Source: an uncultured delta proteobacterium (GTDB taxonomy: Bacteria > Desulfobacterota > Desulfuromonadia > Geobacterales > Pseudopelobacteraceae). Taken from it: a stretch of DNA of 64,000 nt. Where the stretch lies: NCBI GenBank assembly GCA_963772835.1, contig CAVYYZ010000011.1, forward strand, positions 320,001 through 384,000. Reading direction: 5' to 3'. Below, piece after piece: positions 20,138-30,435 of this stretch (its first letter is position 1; the number at the start of each line of letters is the position of its first letter). The translations under genes and the position numbers were made by a program. The notes beneath the pieces were generated by a model that worked only from the letters and a program-made list of their open reading frames with translations, had not been told where the DNA came from and made no database searches.

Positions 20138-20992
20138 ATGAACTTCAAACACTCATATTTCTACTCTATCTTCTGGCCACGCCTCCGCCGCAACCGACTC
20201 GCCCTTTTCGGCGGCGTCGTTGTGCTGGCGCTTTTTTGCATCTCGTTGTTTGCAACTCTGCTCTCTCCATATGATCCCAGTGCCATTAATGCCTGGAAGG
20301 TTCTTTCACCACCTTCATTGCAGCATTGGTTCGGTACTGATGAACTCGGGAGGGATGTGCTCAGCCGGATCTTATTTGGAGCCCGGGTTTCACTCAAGGT
20401 TGGTTTTGTAGCGGTAGGGATCGCAGTTTCAATAGGAACCGTAGTCGGGCTGGTGTCAGGATATTACAGTGGTCTGGTTGATGCCACTCTGATGCGGTTT
20501 GTGGATATCATGCTCTGTTTTCCGGCTTTCTTTCTGATTCTGGCGATCATCACTTTTCTTGAACCATCCATCTGGTATATCATGATGGTCATAGGATTAA
20601 CCGGTTGGATGGGAGTAGCACGGCTTGTCAGGGCTGAAACGCTCTCTATCCGCGAAATGGATTATATCCTGGCTGCCAGGGGTATTGGCTGTTCAAACCT
20701 CCGAATCATATTTCGCCATATCCTGCCCAATGCTATGTCACCGGTACTCGTATCCGCAACACTCGGCATCGCCGGTGCAATACTGACAGAATCTGCACTC
20801 TCCTTTCTCGGCATCGGTGTGCAGCCGCCGACACCAAGCTGGGGCAACATTCTCACATCCGGTAAGGATTATATTGAATTTGCCTGGTGGCTGTCACTAT
20901 TTCCCGGGCTCGCCATTCTGGTAACGGTACTGGCTTACAATCTTCTTGGAGAAGGGATCCGTGATGCGCTTGACCCTCGCGTAAAACGCTGA
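20138..20992 (+). CDS. Peptide ABC transporter permease (OppC/DppC-like)
   Basis: HWFGTDELGRDVLSR, RHILPN, LSFLGIG, SWG, GEGIRDALDP. Confidence 0.92.
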   Translation: MNFKHSYFYSIFWPRLRRNRLALFGGVVVLALFCISLFATLLSPYDPSAINAWKVLSPPSLQHWFGTDELGRDVLSRILFGARVSLKVGFVAVGIAVSIGTVVGLVSGYYSGLVDATLMRFVDIMLCFPAFFLILAIITFLEPSIWYIMMVIGLTGWMGVARLVRAETLSIREMDYILAARGIGCSNLRIIFRHILPNAMSPVLVSATLGIAGAILTESALSFLGIGVQPPTPSWGNILTSGKDYIEFAWWLSLFPGLAILVTVLAYNLLGEGIRDALDPRVKR

Positions 20993-21001
20993 TTTTCTCT
21001 G

Positions 21002-22453
21002 TCAGCTGGCTACGCTGTCAAGTTGATAGCGGTTGCGCAGGACGGAAATCAAGATATTTACACCTTTGAAGGACTTCCTGAGCCTGTTTTGCTCTTTTTC
21101 GGAAAGGACCAGAGGATCAACGTAGTTCGACGGTTCTTTTCCGTATGCAACCGCCCTGAGCTGTCTTTCCAGGCGCATCTTCATCAGAAATGTAAATGCC
21201 TCTCTGATTGCTTCCAAGTCGTTCGTCGAGATGGTATTCAGATGTTTGAGACGCTCCATCTTGTCCCATGTTGTTCCCCCTACTATACCCGCCTCAAGTG
21301 CTAACAGGCTGATGCCGCGTGTCAAAGCAAAAAGCCCGCCTTTTTTCAAGTCCAACCTGCCGCTGTGCGCACCTTTTTTTTCGACCAGAAATCGTCCGAA
21401 CATGCCGAGAGGCGCCTTGAATCCGACTATAGTGCGTGCCATGTTAGGAAAAATTATTGTGTTATTGCGAGCGCATTCGCAGAGATGTGTCTGCAACTCT
21501 TCTTCAAAAACTATATCTCCATGCAGTACACGCAGGTCCTGAAATACTCCAAAAAAAACAGTATGTTCGGGGCTTGGCATCGTTATCCAGCGCTCTGTCA
21601 ATTGTTTCCACTCCGACAGGGTGTGACACCACTCCGGATTGCTGGCCATCATGTTGCCTGGGCAGAGCGGAACACCGAGACTCTCCAGAGCGAGAGCAAT
21701 TCGTTCAGCAAAACGACGTACTTCCACCAGTTTATCTGCTGCCAGATCATCCCTGTATACGATAGCGCTGTCCTGATCGGTCCGCAGTGTCTGTTCTTCA
21801 CGGCCTTCGCTTCCAAGTACAAGATAGGCGGCACCTGCCGGTAACCTGATGTCCTCACGGCAATCCATAATAAAAACCAAACGACGGGTCATGGCGTCAT
21901 TAAAGTGAGCGATCAGTTGGATCAGGCTTTGAACGTCCGCATTAGTTTTAATTGCATACTGAAGCATGCCGGTCAATTTTTCCCCAAGAATCGTCAACTG
22001 CTCGATAGTAGTGGCGGATTCAATTTCCTGGATCAAATAGAGAGGGCTGCGGGTTTGAATGCGGAACAGGTCGGTATCGGTCATCACTCCGACCAGTTGG
22101 TCTCGCTCATTGAGTACTACAAGACGGTGAATGTTGTGCCTGGCCATCAGAAAAATTGCCTTAAAGAGATAGTCATTGTTGCGGATGGTTATCAAGCCGA
22201 CATTCATGATGTCGCGGACAGTCAATGCGGAAAAGTCTTCGGCACCTCCGGCGATCAGGTTGCGCAGATCACGCAGGGAAACAATCCCGACCGGTTTCTC
22301 CCCGTCAACAACAACGATTCCGGAGATATTATCCTTCTGCATGATACCTGCCATTTCAACCAATCCCAAATCGGGTGGACAGGTTACCGCAGGACGATGA
22401 CAGATGGCGTCGACTGTAATGAAGAAAAAACTGTCCTCGCTGATTCCAGGCAT
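21002..22453 (-). CDS. CBS-pair plus DUF294 nucleotidyltransferase-like protein
   Basis: Two CBS domains, then GSEGREEQTLRTDQDSA, CPGNMMASNPEW and DLKKGG. Confidence 0.85.
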   Translation of the reverse strand: MPGISEDSFFFITVDAICHRPAVTCPPDLGLVEMAGIMQKDNISGIVVVDGEKPVGIVSLRDLRNLIAGGAEDFSALTVRDIMNVGLITIRNNDYLFKAIFLMARHNIHRLVVLNERDQLVGVMTDTDLFRIQTRSPLYLIQEIESATTIEQLTILGEKLTGMLQYAIKTNADVQSLIQLIAHFNDAMTRRLVFIMDCREDIRLPAGAAYLVLGSEGREEQTLRTDQDSAIVYRDDLAADKLVEVRRFAERIALALESLGVPLCPGNMMASNPEWCHTLSEWKQLTERWITMPSPEHTVFFGVFQDLRVLHGDIVFEEELQTHLCECARNNTIIFPNMARTIVGFKAPLGMFGRFLVEKKGAHSGRLDLKKGGLFALTRGISLLALEAGIVGGTTWDKMERLKHLNTISTNDLEAIREAFTFLMKMRLERQLRAVAYGKEPSNYVDPLVLSEKEQNRLRKSFKGVNILISVLRNRYQLDSVAS

Positions 22454-23309
22454 GAATCCCTCTTAGATAGTGATGTGTTACACCGGCAACACAAAAAAAA
22501 TGATGTATGGATTATATTTAATTACTTTTATGTTCCCGATTTGAATCGTATGAATATAACCACGCGTGAAATAAATAAAAATAAAAATTAATTTGATTTG
22601 TAGAAATATCATCCTGGGCGAGCCATCGTCAAAGTATTTTTTTTAGGGTTGCTGAGAGAAACAGAAGTATCTCAGTGAAGTCAATAACCGTACTTACAAT
22701 ATCGATAAAATATGAATATGAGCTGCCGGGTTATGCCTTCATTTCAAAATTTTATATTCACGGGGCTATTCTATCTTATAACTGCTATTACAGCGATATT
22801 TCATGTTTTGGTCCTCTCAGTTCAGCAGCAGCTGTTTTTTTGAGAGGCCGGATTCATACCGCTGCTGAAGAATCCGGACACCCAGACCTCGGATAAGTGC
22901 GGTACTTTCGGCAATATCCGGCAGGTATAAAAGAGTGGATGGCGATTATCAGCACTGCGAAAAGATGCAGTTAATGATTGAATGTGAAAATGGTTCAAAA
23001 AAATTCAGGATGTGCCGGTAATAACTGAATGCCGGAAAAGAGCTGTTGAATCCATTCCCGCACACATTGACATACCAATATATTTGGCATACATATTCCG
23101 AGGATTTTAAATATATTTTTAAAAAATTGCAGAATATCTGAATGGGGAACCTCTTTCAAGTTTAAAGACATTGTGATAAGAGGGACAAACGTAACGAGTC
23201 TTATTCTCCGTAATAACGGAGGTAATTTTGACCGAGTCGACCGGAACTATGTTGTAATTTTGGTTGATGCACAGTAGGGTAGTAACAATAAATTACGGCA
23301 GGAAACGCC

Positions 23310-24290
23310 GTGCCGGCAAAGGTAATGATGAAACCGCCTGGAGAAAAAACCGCTGTGATGAATTCAACAGTATCAGATGGTGACTGTGCGAACCCGGGAC
23401 TATATGAACAATTGAAACGTGTTCTTGACTCCATTGAAGATCTTTTGCCCCGCCGGATAGGAAAGATTGACTGGAAGGTGTGCCATGCAGCTAATTGGCG
23501 ACGGAACTCATTTGCCGGCTATCTTGATCCGGTGCCTGAAATAGAGGGGATCCACCTTGATGACCTGCTCGGGATTGAAAAGCAGAAGCAGATTCTAATT
23601 CAGAATACCTCCCAATTTCTCCATAGATTCCCCGCCAATAATGTTCTGCTGTGGGGTACACGAGGCACAGGCAAATCATCTCTTGTCCGCGCACTCCTTA
23701 ATTATTATGCGCCGGAAGGCCTCAGAATTATCCAGGTAGACAAGGACGATTTCGTGCATTTACCTGCTATTGTTGATTCAATTAAGAAAGAACCGTTTCG
23801 ATTTATAATATTCTCGGATGACGTCTCGTTTGAGGTAGGCGAAGTAGGTTACAAGATGTTAAAAAGTGCTCTTGACGGTTCCGTATATGCACCACCGGAA
23901 AACACCAGAATTTATGTCACATCCAATCGTCGCCATTTGTTGCCAGAGTATGAGACCGACAATAGAGGCGCAATGCTTGTCAATAATGAAATTCATCACG
24001 GGGAAGGGGCGGAAGAAAAGATATCCCTTTCCGGGAGGTTCGGGCTTTGGATCGGCTTCCATCCGTTTTCTCAGGATCAATACGTAGAAGTTGCCAAGCA
24101 GTGGGTTGCAAAACTTTCTAATCTCTCTAATATTGTAACGGTATGGAACCAAAAAGCTGAAAAAGCGGCAATTGAATGGGCATACAGTAAGGGTGATAAC
24201 AGTGGCCGCATAGCGTATCAATTTGCTACCGACTGGGTCGGTATAGCATTGCTTAATAATCTTTCGAATTCAAACAATAAAGCGGATTGA
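23310..24290 (+). CDS. DUF815 family AAA+ ATP-binding protein (start uncertain, possibly 23358)
   Basis: PANNVLLWGTRGTGKSS, FSDDVSF, YVTSNRRHLLPE, EEKISLS.RFGLW. Confidence 0.88.
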   Translation: MPAKVMMKPPGEKTAVMNSTVSDGDCANPGLYEQLKRVLDSIEDLLPRRIGKIDWKVCHAANWRRNSFAGYLDPVPEIEGIHLDDLLGIEKQKQILIQNTSQFLHRFPANNVLLWGTRGTGKSSLVRALLNYYAPEGLRIIQVDKDDFVHLPAIVDSIKKEPFRFIIFSDDVSFEVGEVGYKMLKSALDGSVYAPPENTRIYVTSNRRHLLPEYETDNRGAMLVNNEIHHGEGAEEKISLSGRFGLWIGFHPFSQDQYVEVAKQWVAKLSNLSNIVTVWNQKAEKAAIEWAYSKGDNSGRIAYQFATDWVGIALLNNLSNSNNKAD

Positions 24291-24448
24291 AAAGTATGTT
24301 ATGCCGCGACAAAAAGTGCGATTTTCCATTTATTTGATACACTCTCAAAAAATAATGTTACTGCATGATCATGAATAACCGCAGGTAGATGACGAAATAA
24401 AGGGTGTTCTGAATAAAATCTGCTTGAGCAACCAGCATTCATTTCTTA

Positions 24449-24482
24449 CTCAAAGGGCCTGTCAATTGACAGGCCCTTTGAG
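24449..24482. terminator. Perfect 34-bp palindrome between convergent genes, probable terminator
   Basis: CTCAAAGGGCCTGTCAATTGACAGGCCCTTTGAG is its own reverse complement and lies 20 nt after the dctM stop. Confidence 0.7.
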
Positions 24483-24502
24483 GTACATGCATGATATCAC
24501 TG

Positions 24503-25882
24503 TCAGTATCCCATCAAACGCGGCAGCCAAAGTGATATGATCGGCACATAGGTAATAAGCAACATGAAGCCGATCATGGCAAGCAGCCACGGAAGTACCG
24601 CCACTGTAAGTTCCGATATACCCATTTTGGTGATACCGCTGGCCACATACAGATTAAGCCCGACCGGTGGGTGACACATACCAACCTCCATGTTAACCGT
24701 CATAAGTATGCCGAAGTGAATCGGGTCGATCCCCAGTTTCATGGCAACCGGAAACAGGATCGGTGCCAGAATCAGGATGATGGAAGAAGGCTCCATGACG
24801 TTGCCTGCAAGAAGAAGCAGTATGTTGGTGACGGCAAGGAAGGCGACTACCCCGAGATTGTGATTAATGATCCAGTCAGCCATGATCTGGGGGATCTGCT
24901 CAGATGTCATCAGGTAGGAGAACAGCACTGCATTGGTAATTATGTACAGCAGCATGGCCGACATGTTGGCAGAATCCCGCAATACCTTGGGGATATTTTT
25001 GAGCGGCATGTCCTTGTACACAAACACGGCAACAATGAAAGCATAGACCGCACTCATGGCGGCAGCTTCAGTAGGGGTAAACATGCCGCTGTAGATACCG
25101 CCCAGCACGATGACAATCAGGAGCAGTCCCCAGGCGCTCTCTTTAAAGGCAAATAAACGCTCTTTGAATGTTGCTTTCGGCAAACGTGGATAGTTGTTCT
25201 TGCGGGCGCGATACCAGGTAACTGAGCCAAGCAGTAATGCTAACATCAACCCGGGAATTACTCCTGCCATAAAGAGTGCACCTACCGATGAGTTGGTGGC
25301 AACGGCATAGATAACCATAACAATAGAAGGGGGAATCAAAATTCCCAGCGAACCGGAGGTTGTGATAACGCCGGCGCCGAATTTCCGCGGGAATCCTGCC
25401 TTGACCATGGCCGGAAGCAGGATGGAGCCTATCGCCACAACGGTTGCCGGACTGGAACCGGAAACGGCGGCAAACAGTGCGCAGGCAACGACACCTGCCA
25501 GGCCGAGACCACCGTACCAGTGCCCGATCATGGACGTTGCAAAGTTGATCATTCGCTTGGCCACACCACCGTGGGTCAGGAAGTTACCGGCCAGAATAAA
25601 GAACGGAATCGCCATGATCTCGAACTTCTCAATTCCGGTAAAGAGTTTCATGGCAACTGTTTCCACCGGTACGTTCGACATGAAAAAGAGGAAGCTTAGA
25701 ACCGTCAGGCCGAGTGAAATCGAGATTGGCATACCAGTGAGCATCAGGCCGATCAGCAGGGCAAAGATAATACCGGCACTGCCAAAAGAGGCTATTGCAG
25801 CCATTGATATAACTATAGCGCCAATACAGATAGCAGCTTTTTTGGGGGTCATACGCTCTTGAGTTTCAGCATGTGCGCTCAT
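24503..25882 (-). CDS. dctM: TRAP C4-dicarboxylate transporter large permease
   Basis: AIPFFILAG, SGSSPAT, LGILIPPSI, FTPTEAAA, DPIHFG, HPPVGLNL. Confidence 0.92.
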   Translation of the reverse strand: MSAHAETQERMTPKKAAICIGAIVISMAAIASFGSAGIIFALLIGLMLTGMPISISLGLTVLSFLFFMSNVPVETVAMKLFTGIEKFEIMAIPFFILAGNFLTHGGVAKRMINFATSMIGHWYGGLGLAGVVACALFAAVSGSSPATVVAIGSILLPAMVKAGFPRKFGAGVITTSGSLGILIPPSIVMVIYAVATNSSVGALFMAGVIPGLMLALLLGSVTWYRARKNNYPRLPKATFKERLFAFKESAWGLLLIVIVLGGIYSGMFTPTEAAAMSAVYAFIVAVFVYKDMPLKNIPKVLRDSANMSAMLLYIITNAVLFSYLMTSEQIPQIMADWIINHNLGVVAFLAVTNILLLLAGNVMEPSSIILILAPILFPVAMKLGIDPIHFGILMTVNMEVGMCHPPVGLNLYVASGITKMGISELTVAVLPWLLAMIGFMLLITYVPIISLWLPRLMGY

Positions 25883-26550
25883 TTGGCACCCCCTGCATGT
25901 TTAGTATCATCAAGTCTGTGCTCTTCATACTCCTCCAGCATTTCAGTTGCATTGACGGTCTCTTCATCCAAGCCATCCACATGGGAATGGTCATGCTTGG
26001 GCAGTTCACCGGTGCGGGCAAAACTCCAGGCGACCTGTAAAAAGCGGAAACACATCAAGGACGATCCAAGCGGAATTGCGAGGTAGACAATCCATGTCGG
26101 CCACTCCAGGTCCGGGGTGATTGGCCCCTCATACAGGTCACCCATTTCCATGCCAAAAAGATTAAACATGTAGTAATGCATGCCGTTTTCCCAGACAAAA
26201 CGCGTCCCCAGCACAGCTATGATGCAGGTAAAGAGCGCGCCGCTGCCAAGACCGATCAGCACCGATGTTTTGCACCATTTTTCCGGCAGCCGGTTGATCA
26301 GAACATCGACCCCCACGTGAATGCCGGTACGCACTCCGTAGGCCGCTCCGAACTTGGCCATCCAGACAAACATGTAGATGCAGAGTTCCTGGGCCCACGC
26401 CATATTGAAGCCGAGAAGCCAGTCCTGCAGTGCGGGAATGGGGATTCCCATGAGGTAACGGCGGGTGACGGCAACGGCAATAATGATCGTTGCCGCACCG
26501 ATGAGGAAGGTGATTATAAGTTCCTCAAGCTGGTCGAGATATTTCATCAT
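25879..26550 (-). CDS. dctQ: TRAP transporter small permease
   Basis: WAQELCIYMFVW, GAAYGVRTGIHVGVD; lies between dctP and dctM. Confidence 0.9.
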   Translation of the reverse strand: MMKYLDQLEELIITFLIGAATIIIAVAVTRRYLMGIPIPALQDWLLGFNMAWAQELCIYMFVWMAKFGAAYGVRTGIHVGVDVLINRLPEKWCKTSVLIGLGSGALFTCIIAVLGTRFVWENGMHYYMFNLFGMEMGDLYEGPITPDLEWPTWIVYLAIPLGSSLMCFRFLQVAWSFARTGELPKHDHSHVDGLDEETVNATEMLEEYEEHRLDDTKHAGGAK

Positions 26551-26578
26551 GGGGGAATCTCCTGAAAAAGGTCGTTAA

Positions 26579-26608
26579 AAAGCCGCTACGGTTTTCCGTA
26601 GCGGCTTT
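26579..26608 (-). terminator. Stem-loop between dctP and dctQ
   Basis: AAAGCCGCTACGG-tttt-CCGTAGCGGCTTT with an A-run on the left, giving a T-tract on the minus strand. Confidence 0.7.
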
Positions 26609-26629
26609 ACGCTCACAAGTTAGTCTGAT

Positions 26630-27640
26630 TTATGGCTTGTAGCCGGTTACCTTGTAGACTTCATTGACAACGTCAGCACCGATCCGGCTCATGTTTTCCT
26701 TATGTGTCTTGTCCATGGCTTTTTTCCAGGCTTCCTTCTGCTGTGGAGTAAGAGTAATGATCTGCGAACGGCCGGATTTCTTCACGGCTGCCAATGCTTC
26801 TTCATTATCTTTTTGGGCGACGTCATTGGCGAACTTGGTGGCATCCTTCATACAGCCGTCAAGAATAGTGCGGATATCGGCCGGCAGTCCCATCCAGAAC
26901 TTTTTGTTGACTAGAACTGCATAGCCCAGGTAGCCGTGATTGGAGAGGGTGACGTACTTCTGCACTTCATGCATCTTTTGTGTATAAAGATTTGAAGGCG
27001 GGTTTTCGGTACCGTCGACAACACCGGTCTGCAGCGCCTGATACACTTCAGAAAAGGCCATTACTTGCGGCATAGCCCCAACGGAGCGCATTTCGGAATC
27101 AAGGACCTTGGATGACTGGATGCGCATCTTAAGACCTCTGAAATCGCCCGGCTCCCTAAGTGGCTTGTTGGCGCTCATGACCTTGAAACCGTTATCCCAA
27201 TAGGCTAAACCCATCAGTCCCTTTGACTCGAGCTTGTGGAGTAGTTTTGCTCCCAGTGGACCTTGAGTTACCTTGTGCAGTTCTGCATAGCTGTCAAAGA
27301 TGAACGGCAGGTCAAAAACTTCGAAGTCCTTGATTCCCAGAGGGCCGAACTTGGCAAGTGATGGAGCCAGCATCTGAACAGAACCCATTTGCAGTGCCTC
27401 CATCTCTTCCTTGTCCTTGAAGAGCTGGCTGTTTGGATAAACCTCTACCTTTACGCGTCCCTTGGTGCGCTCTTCTGCGATTTTCTTGAAATAATCAGCT
27501 GCCTGTCCTTTTGGTGTGTGTTGGGCTACAACGTGACTGAATTTGATTAAAATCGGTTCCGGAGCGGCCAAAGCGGTCAGCGGCAATGCAAGAATTGCTG
27601 CTGCGATCGACATGTTTTTAATGACGTGATTCATTTTCAT
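26630..27640 (-). CDS. dctP: TRAP transporter substrate-binding protein
   Basis: Signal peptide, KFSHVV, VEVYPNSQL, FDLPF, WDNGF, GLKMRIQ, EVYQALQTGVVDGTENP. Confidence 0.93.
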   Translation of the reverse strand: MKMNHVIKNMSIAAAILALPLTALAAPEPILIKFSHVVAQHTPKGQAADYFKKIAEERTKGRVKVEVYPNSQLFKDKEEMEALQMGSVQMLAPSLAKFGPLGIKDFEVFDLPFIFDSYAELHKVTQGPLGAKLLHKLESKGLMGLAYWDNGFKVMSANKPLREPGDFRGLKMRIQSSKVLDSEMRSVGAMPQVMAFSEVYQALQTGVVDGTENPPSNLYTQKMHEVQKYVTLSNHGYLGYAVLVNKKFWMGLPADIRTILDGCMKDATKFANDVAQKDNEEALAAVKKSGRSQIITLTPQQKEAWKKAMDKTHKENMSRIGADVVNEVYKVTGYKP

Positions 27641-27716
27641 GCGGTATTCCTCCTGATGGGATATTTTGTTACACTTGGCCTGGAAACGTAGACAGGCAAG
27701 TGAACTATCGTTTTAA

Positions 27717-27732
27717 TGCAATGAAGGTGCCA
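27717..27732 (-). promoter_or_regulatory. Sigma54 (-24/-12) promoter of dctPQM
   Basis: Minus strand TGGCAC-CTTCA-TTGCA matches the consensus TGGCAC-N5-TTGC and lies about 77 nt upstream of the dctP ATG. Confidence 0.8.
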
Positions 27733-28140
27733 AAAGTTTCTAATCCCATAACAAACTGATATGTCGTTCTATTTTAAAATATACGGTAAATAATGTGTGT
27801 TAAAAATGTGGCTAGTGGCTAAAACCGGCCAGTAGTGATGGCGGTAATTAGCCATTTTGATGAATGTATGTATGGTCCTTTTGAGAATGTACGGGGCAAT
27901 ATGGTTAGTTTCTAGTAACCGGACTGAAAAATTATGGGGGTAATTCAGTTTCAAATATATATTATTCTAAATTGGTGCCGTACCGTAAAACTGCGGATTT
28001 TTACCCGAATAATAAGATATTGTTATATATTTACAAATGAAGTGCCAAGAGGTGCAGTTCGAATAACAACCGATATATTGTTCTATTTAACTGTAATGGA
28101 GAAAAGCTGATAAGGGAAATTCAATCAATTAAAAAAATGA

Positions 28141-28968
28141 TCAGGGAGTGAAAAAACGGTGCCGCATCTCTTCAAGTCCCAGTAAAGCAAGGAGATCATT
28201 AAGGCGTTCCGATGAACGACGCCGCGGCAAATCTTTGTAGCTGGCGATAATCAGCTCATTCTTCATCGAATGCTCCCAACCTACTAACTCGGTTACGTTA
28301 ACCTGATAGCCGTGTGCCTCCAACTGCAGACAACGAAGAGTATTAGTGACCATACTCCCGAATTCGCGGGTATGCAGAGGGTGTCGCCATAATTCGGTAA
28401 GGCCGCTCGAAGACAGTGCGGTGGCTTTGTTTTTACGAAGAACGACAGCAACTTCCGCCTGACAGCAAGGAACCAGTACGATAAAACGAGCTTTTTTTTT
28501 GATTGCAAAAAGGATAGCATCGTCGGTGGCGGTATTGCAGGCGTGGAGTGCGGTAACGATATCCACCGTAGAGGGGAGTGCCTCAGAATAAATTGAATCG
28601 GCAACAGACAGGTTTAGAAAGGACATGCAGGGGAATTGAAACCGTTTAGCAAGTGCCCGCGATTTTTCAACCAGTTCATCACGAGTTTCAATGCCGAAGA
28701 TATGGGAACAATCCTCACGGTATTTAAAAAACAGGTCGTACAGAATAAATCCTAGGTACGATTTCCCGGCTCCATGATCAACCAGTGATAGGCCTGCTTG
28801 ATCCTGGAGCACTTCTTTTAATAGCGGTTCTATGAACTGATACAGATGGTTGACCTGTTTGAGTTTGCGTTTGCTGTCTTGATTAAGTTTTCCGTCCCGG
28901 GTGAGGATGTGCAGTTCTTTCAGCAGTTCAATCGACTGTCCCGGTTTAATTGCGTGTTTATCTGTCAT
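28141..28968 (-). CDS. SAM-dependent methyltransferase (Methyltransf_32-like)
   Basis: VDHGAGKSYLGF, TALHACNTATD, VPCCQ. Confidence 0.85.
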   Translation of the reverse strand: MTDKHAIKPGQSIELLKELHILTRDGKLNQDSKRKLKQVNHLYQFIEPLLKEVLQDQAGLSLVDHGAGKSYLGFILYDLFFKYREDCSHIFGIETRDELVEKSRALAKRFQFPCMSFLNLSVADSIYSEALPSTVDIVTALHACNTATDDAILFAIKKKARFIVLVPCCQAEVAVVLRKNKATALSSSGLTELWRHPLHTREFGSMVTNTLRCLQLEAHGYQVNVTELVGWEHSMKNELIIASYKDLPRRRSSERLNDLLALLGLEEMRHRFFTP

Positions 28969-29030
28969 TTATTAGTGCTCTCTCTGATATGCGGACGTGC
29001 CACCGCTTCAGATGGGTAAAGAGAAGTGAA

Positions 29031-30413
29031 TTACAGCTCGTATTTATCCATTTTATATCTGAGCGTCCCGCGAGGAATTTTAAGAATTGCTGCCGTCTGA
29101 AGTACATTGCCTCGATTTATTTCTAATGCCTGTCGGATGATGTTTTTTTCAAAATTCATTACGGTCTCATCCAATCCGGAATCTGCCGGTAGTAGTGCTG
29201 ATTGAAAGGCCTGACCGGTGGTCAATGAACCGGCGGACGGCGTGATCCCGCGTATTTCAAGGGGCAGATGTTCCGGCAGAAGTGCCGGTCCATAATTCAT
29301 AATACAGATGCGCTCGATGACATTTCTCAATTCGCGAATGTTGCCCGGCCAGCCATATTGCCCCATCAATAAAGCAGCTTCAGGTGAGAGCGCTTTAAAA
29401 TCGCGACCGAAAGAGCGACTGAAGGTATCAAGAAAAAAGGATGCTATGAGACTGATGTCTTCTTTGCGATCCCTCAGCGGCGGAATATGAATCGGGAACA
29501 CATTAATGCGGTAATAGAGATCCTCACGAAAAGAGCCGCTCGATATATTGTCAATCAGGTTACGATTTGTAGCCGCAATAATTCGAACATCAATATGTAT
29601 ATCCTTGATACCGCCGACACGACGGATTGTTCGCTCCTGCAGTACCCGAAGAAGTTTAGCCTGCATTGACAAATCCATCTCACCGATTTCATCAAGAAAA
29701 ACTGTACCGTGGTGTGCCTCCTCAAACAGACCTGTTTTCCGGGCGTTAGCGCTCGTAAAGGAGCCTTTTTCGTGTCCGAAGAGTTCGCTCTCCAATAGAG
29801 AAGCAGGTATTGAGGCACAATTGATTGCTACAAAAGCGGCGTCGTGGCGGTCGGAAAGGTCATGGATGGCCCGCGCAATCAATTCCTTTCCAGTGCCTGA
29901 TTCACCGGTGATAAGAGCTGTTGACGGAATGCGTGCGATTTCACGGACCTGATCTATAACCTCACGAAATGGTTTGCTCCTGCCTATCATCGGTGAACGT
30001 CCCGGCAGGCAACTGTCGGCACGTTTCAGGTTGCGTACTTCACGTTTCAGTGTCTGTGTCTGAAGCGCTAGCTTTACAATCACTCTCAGGGCATCGGCTT
30101 TAAACGGCTTTTTCATATAGTGAAACGCCCCCATCTTAAGGGCATCTACTGCACTTTCAACCGATCCAAATCCGGTAATTATTATAACCAGCAACTCGGG
30201 ATCGAGTTCTTTCAGTATTTTCAGGACATCTATGCCATTTTCAGAACCAAGGTTCAGATCAAGAAGAGCAAGATCTACATCTCCGGAAGCGACCTGTTCA
30301 CTCGCTTCCACGGTATTGGAAGCCTGACATACCTGATACCCATCATCCGATAAAATTCTCGAGACTGTTTCCCGGATGAATGCTTCGTCATCAATAATAA
30401 GTATTTTTTCCAT
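29031..30413 (-). CDS. Sigma54-dependent response regulator (NtrC family)
   Basis: REC domain (IIDDE, LLDL), GESGTGKE, ESELFGHEKGSFTSA (GAFTGA variant), WPGNIREL, C-terminal Fis HTH. Confidence 0.93.
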   Translation of the reverse strand: MEKILIIDDEAFIRETVSRILSDDGYQVCQASNTVEASEQVASGDVDLALLDLNLGSENGIDVLKILKELDPELLVIIITGFGSVESAVDALKMGAFHYMKKPFKADALRVIVKLALQTQTLKREVRNLKRADSCLPGRSPMIGRSKPFREVIDQVREIARIPSTALITGESGTGKELIARAIHDLSDRHDAAFVAINCASIPASLLESELFGHEKGSFTSANARKTGLFEEAHHGTVFLDEIGEMDLSMQAKLLRVLQERTIRRVGGIKDIHIDVRIIAATNRNLIDNISSGSFREDLYYRINVFPIHIPPLRDRKEDISLIASFFLDTFSRSFGRDFKALSPEAALLMGQYGWPGNIRELRNVIERICIMNYGPALLPEHLPLEIRGITPSAGSLTTGQAFQSALLPADSGLDETVMNFEKNIIRQALEINRGNVLQTAAILKIPRGTLRYKMDKYEL

Positions 30414-30435
30414 AGTTCCGGTGTGTATACCTTAG

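Noticed and set aside
22460..23300. Long intergenic region with short ORFs (22675-22896) and a small hairpin
   Set aside because: No recognisable protein or RNA motif, so there is not enough evidence for a feature.
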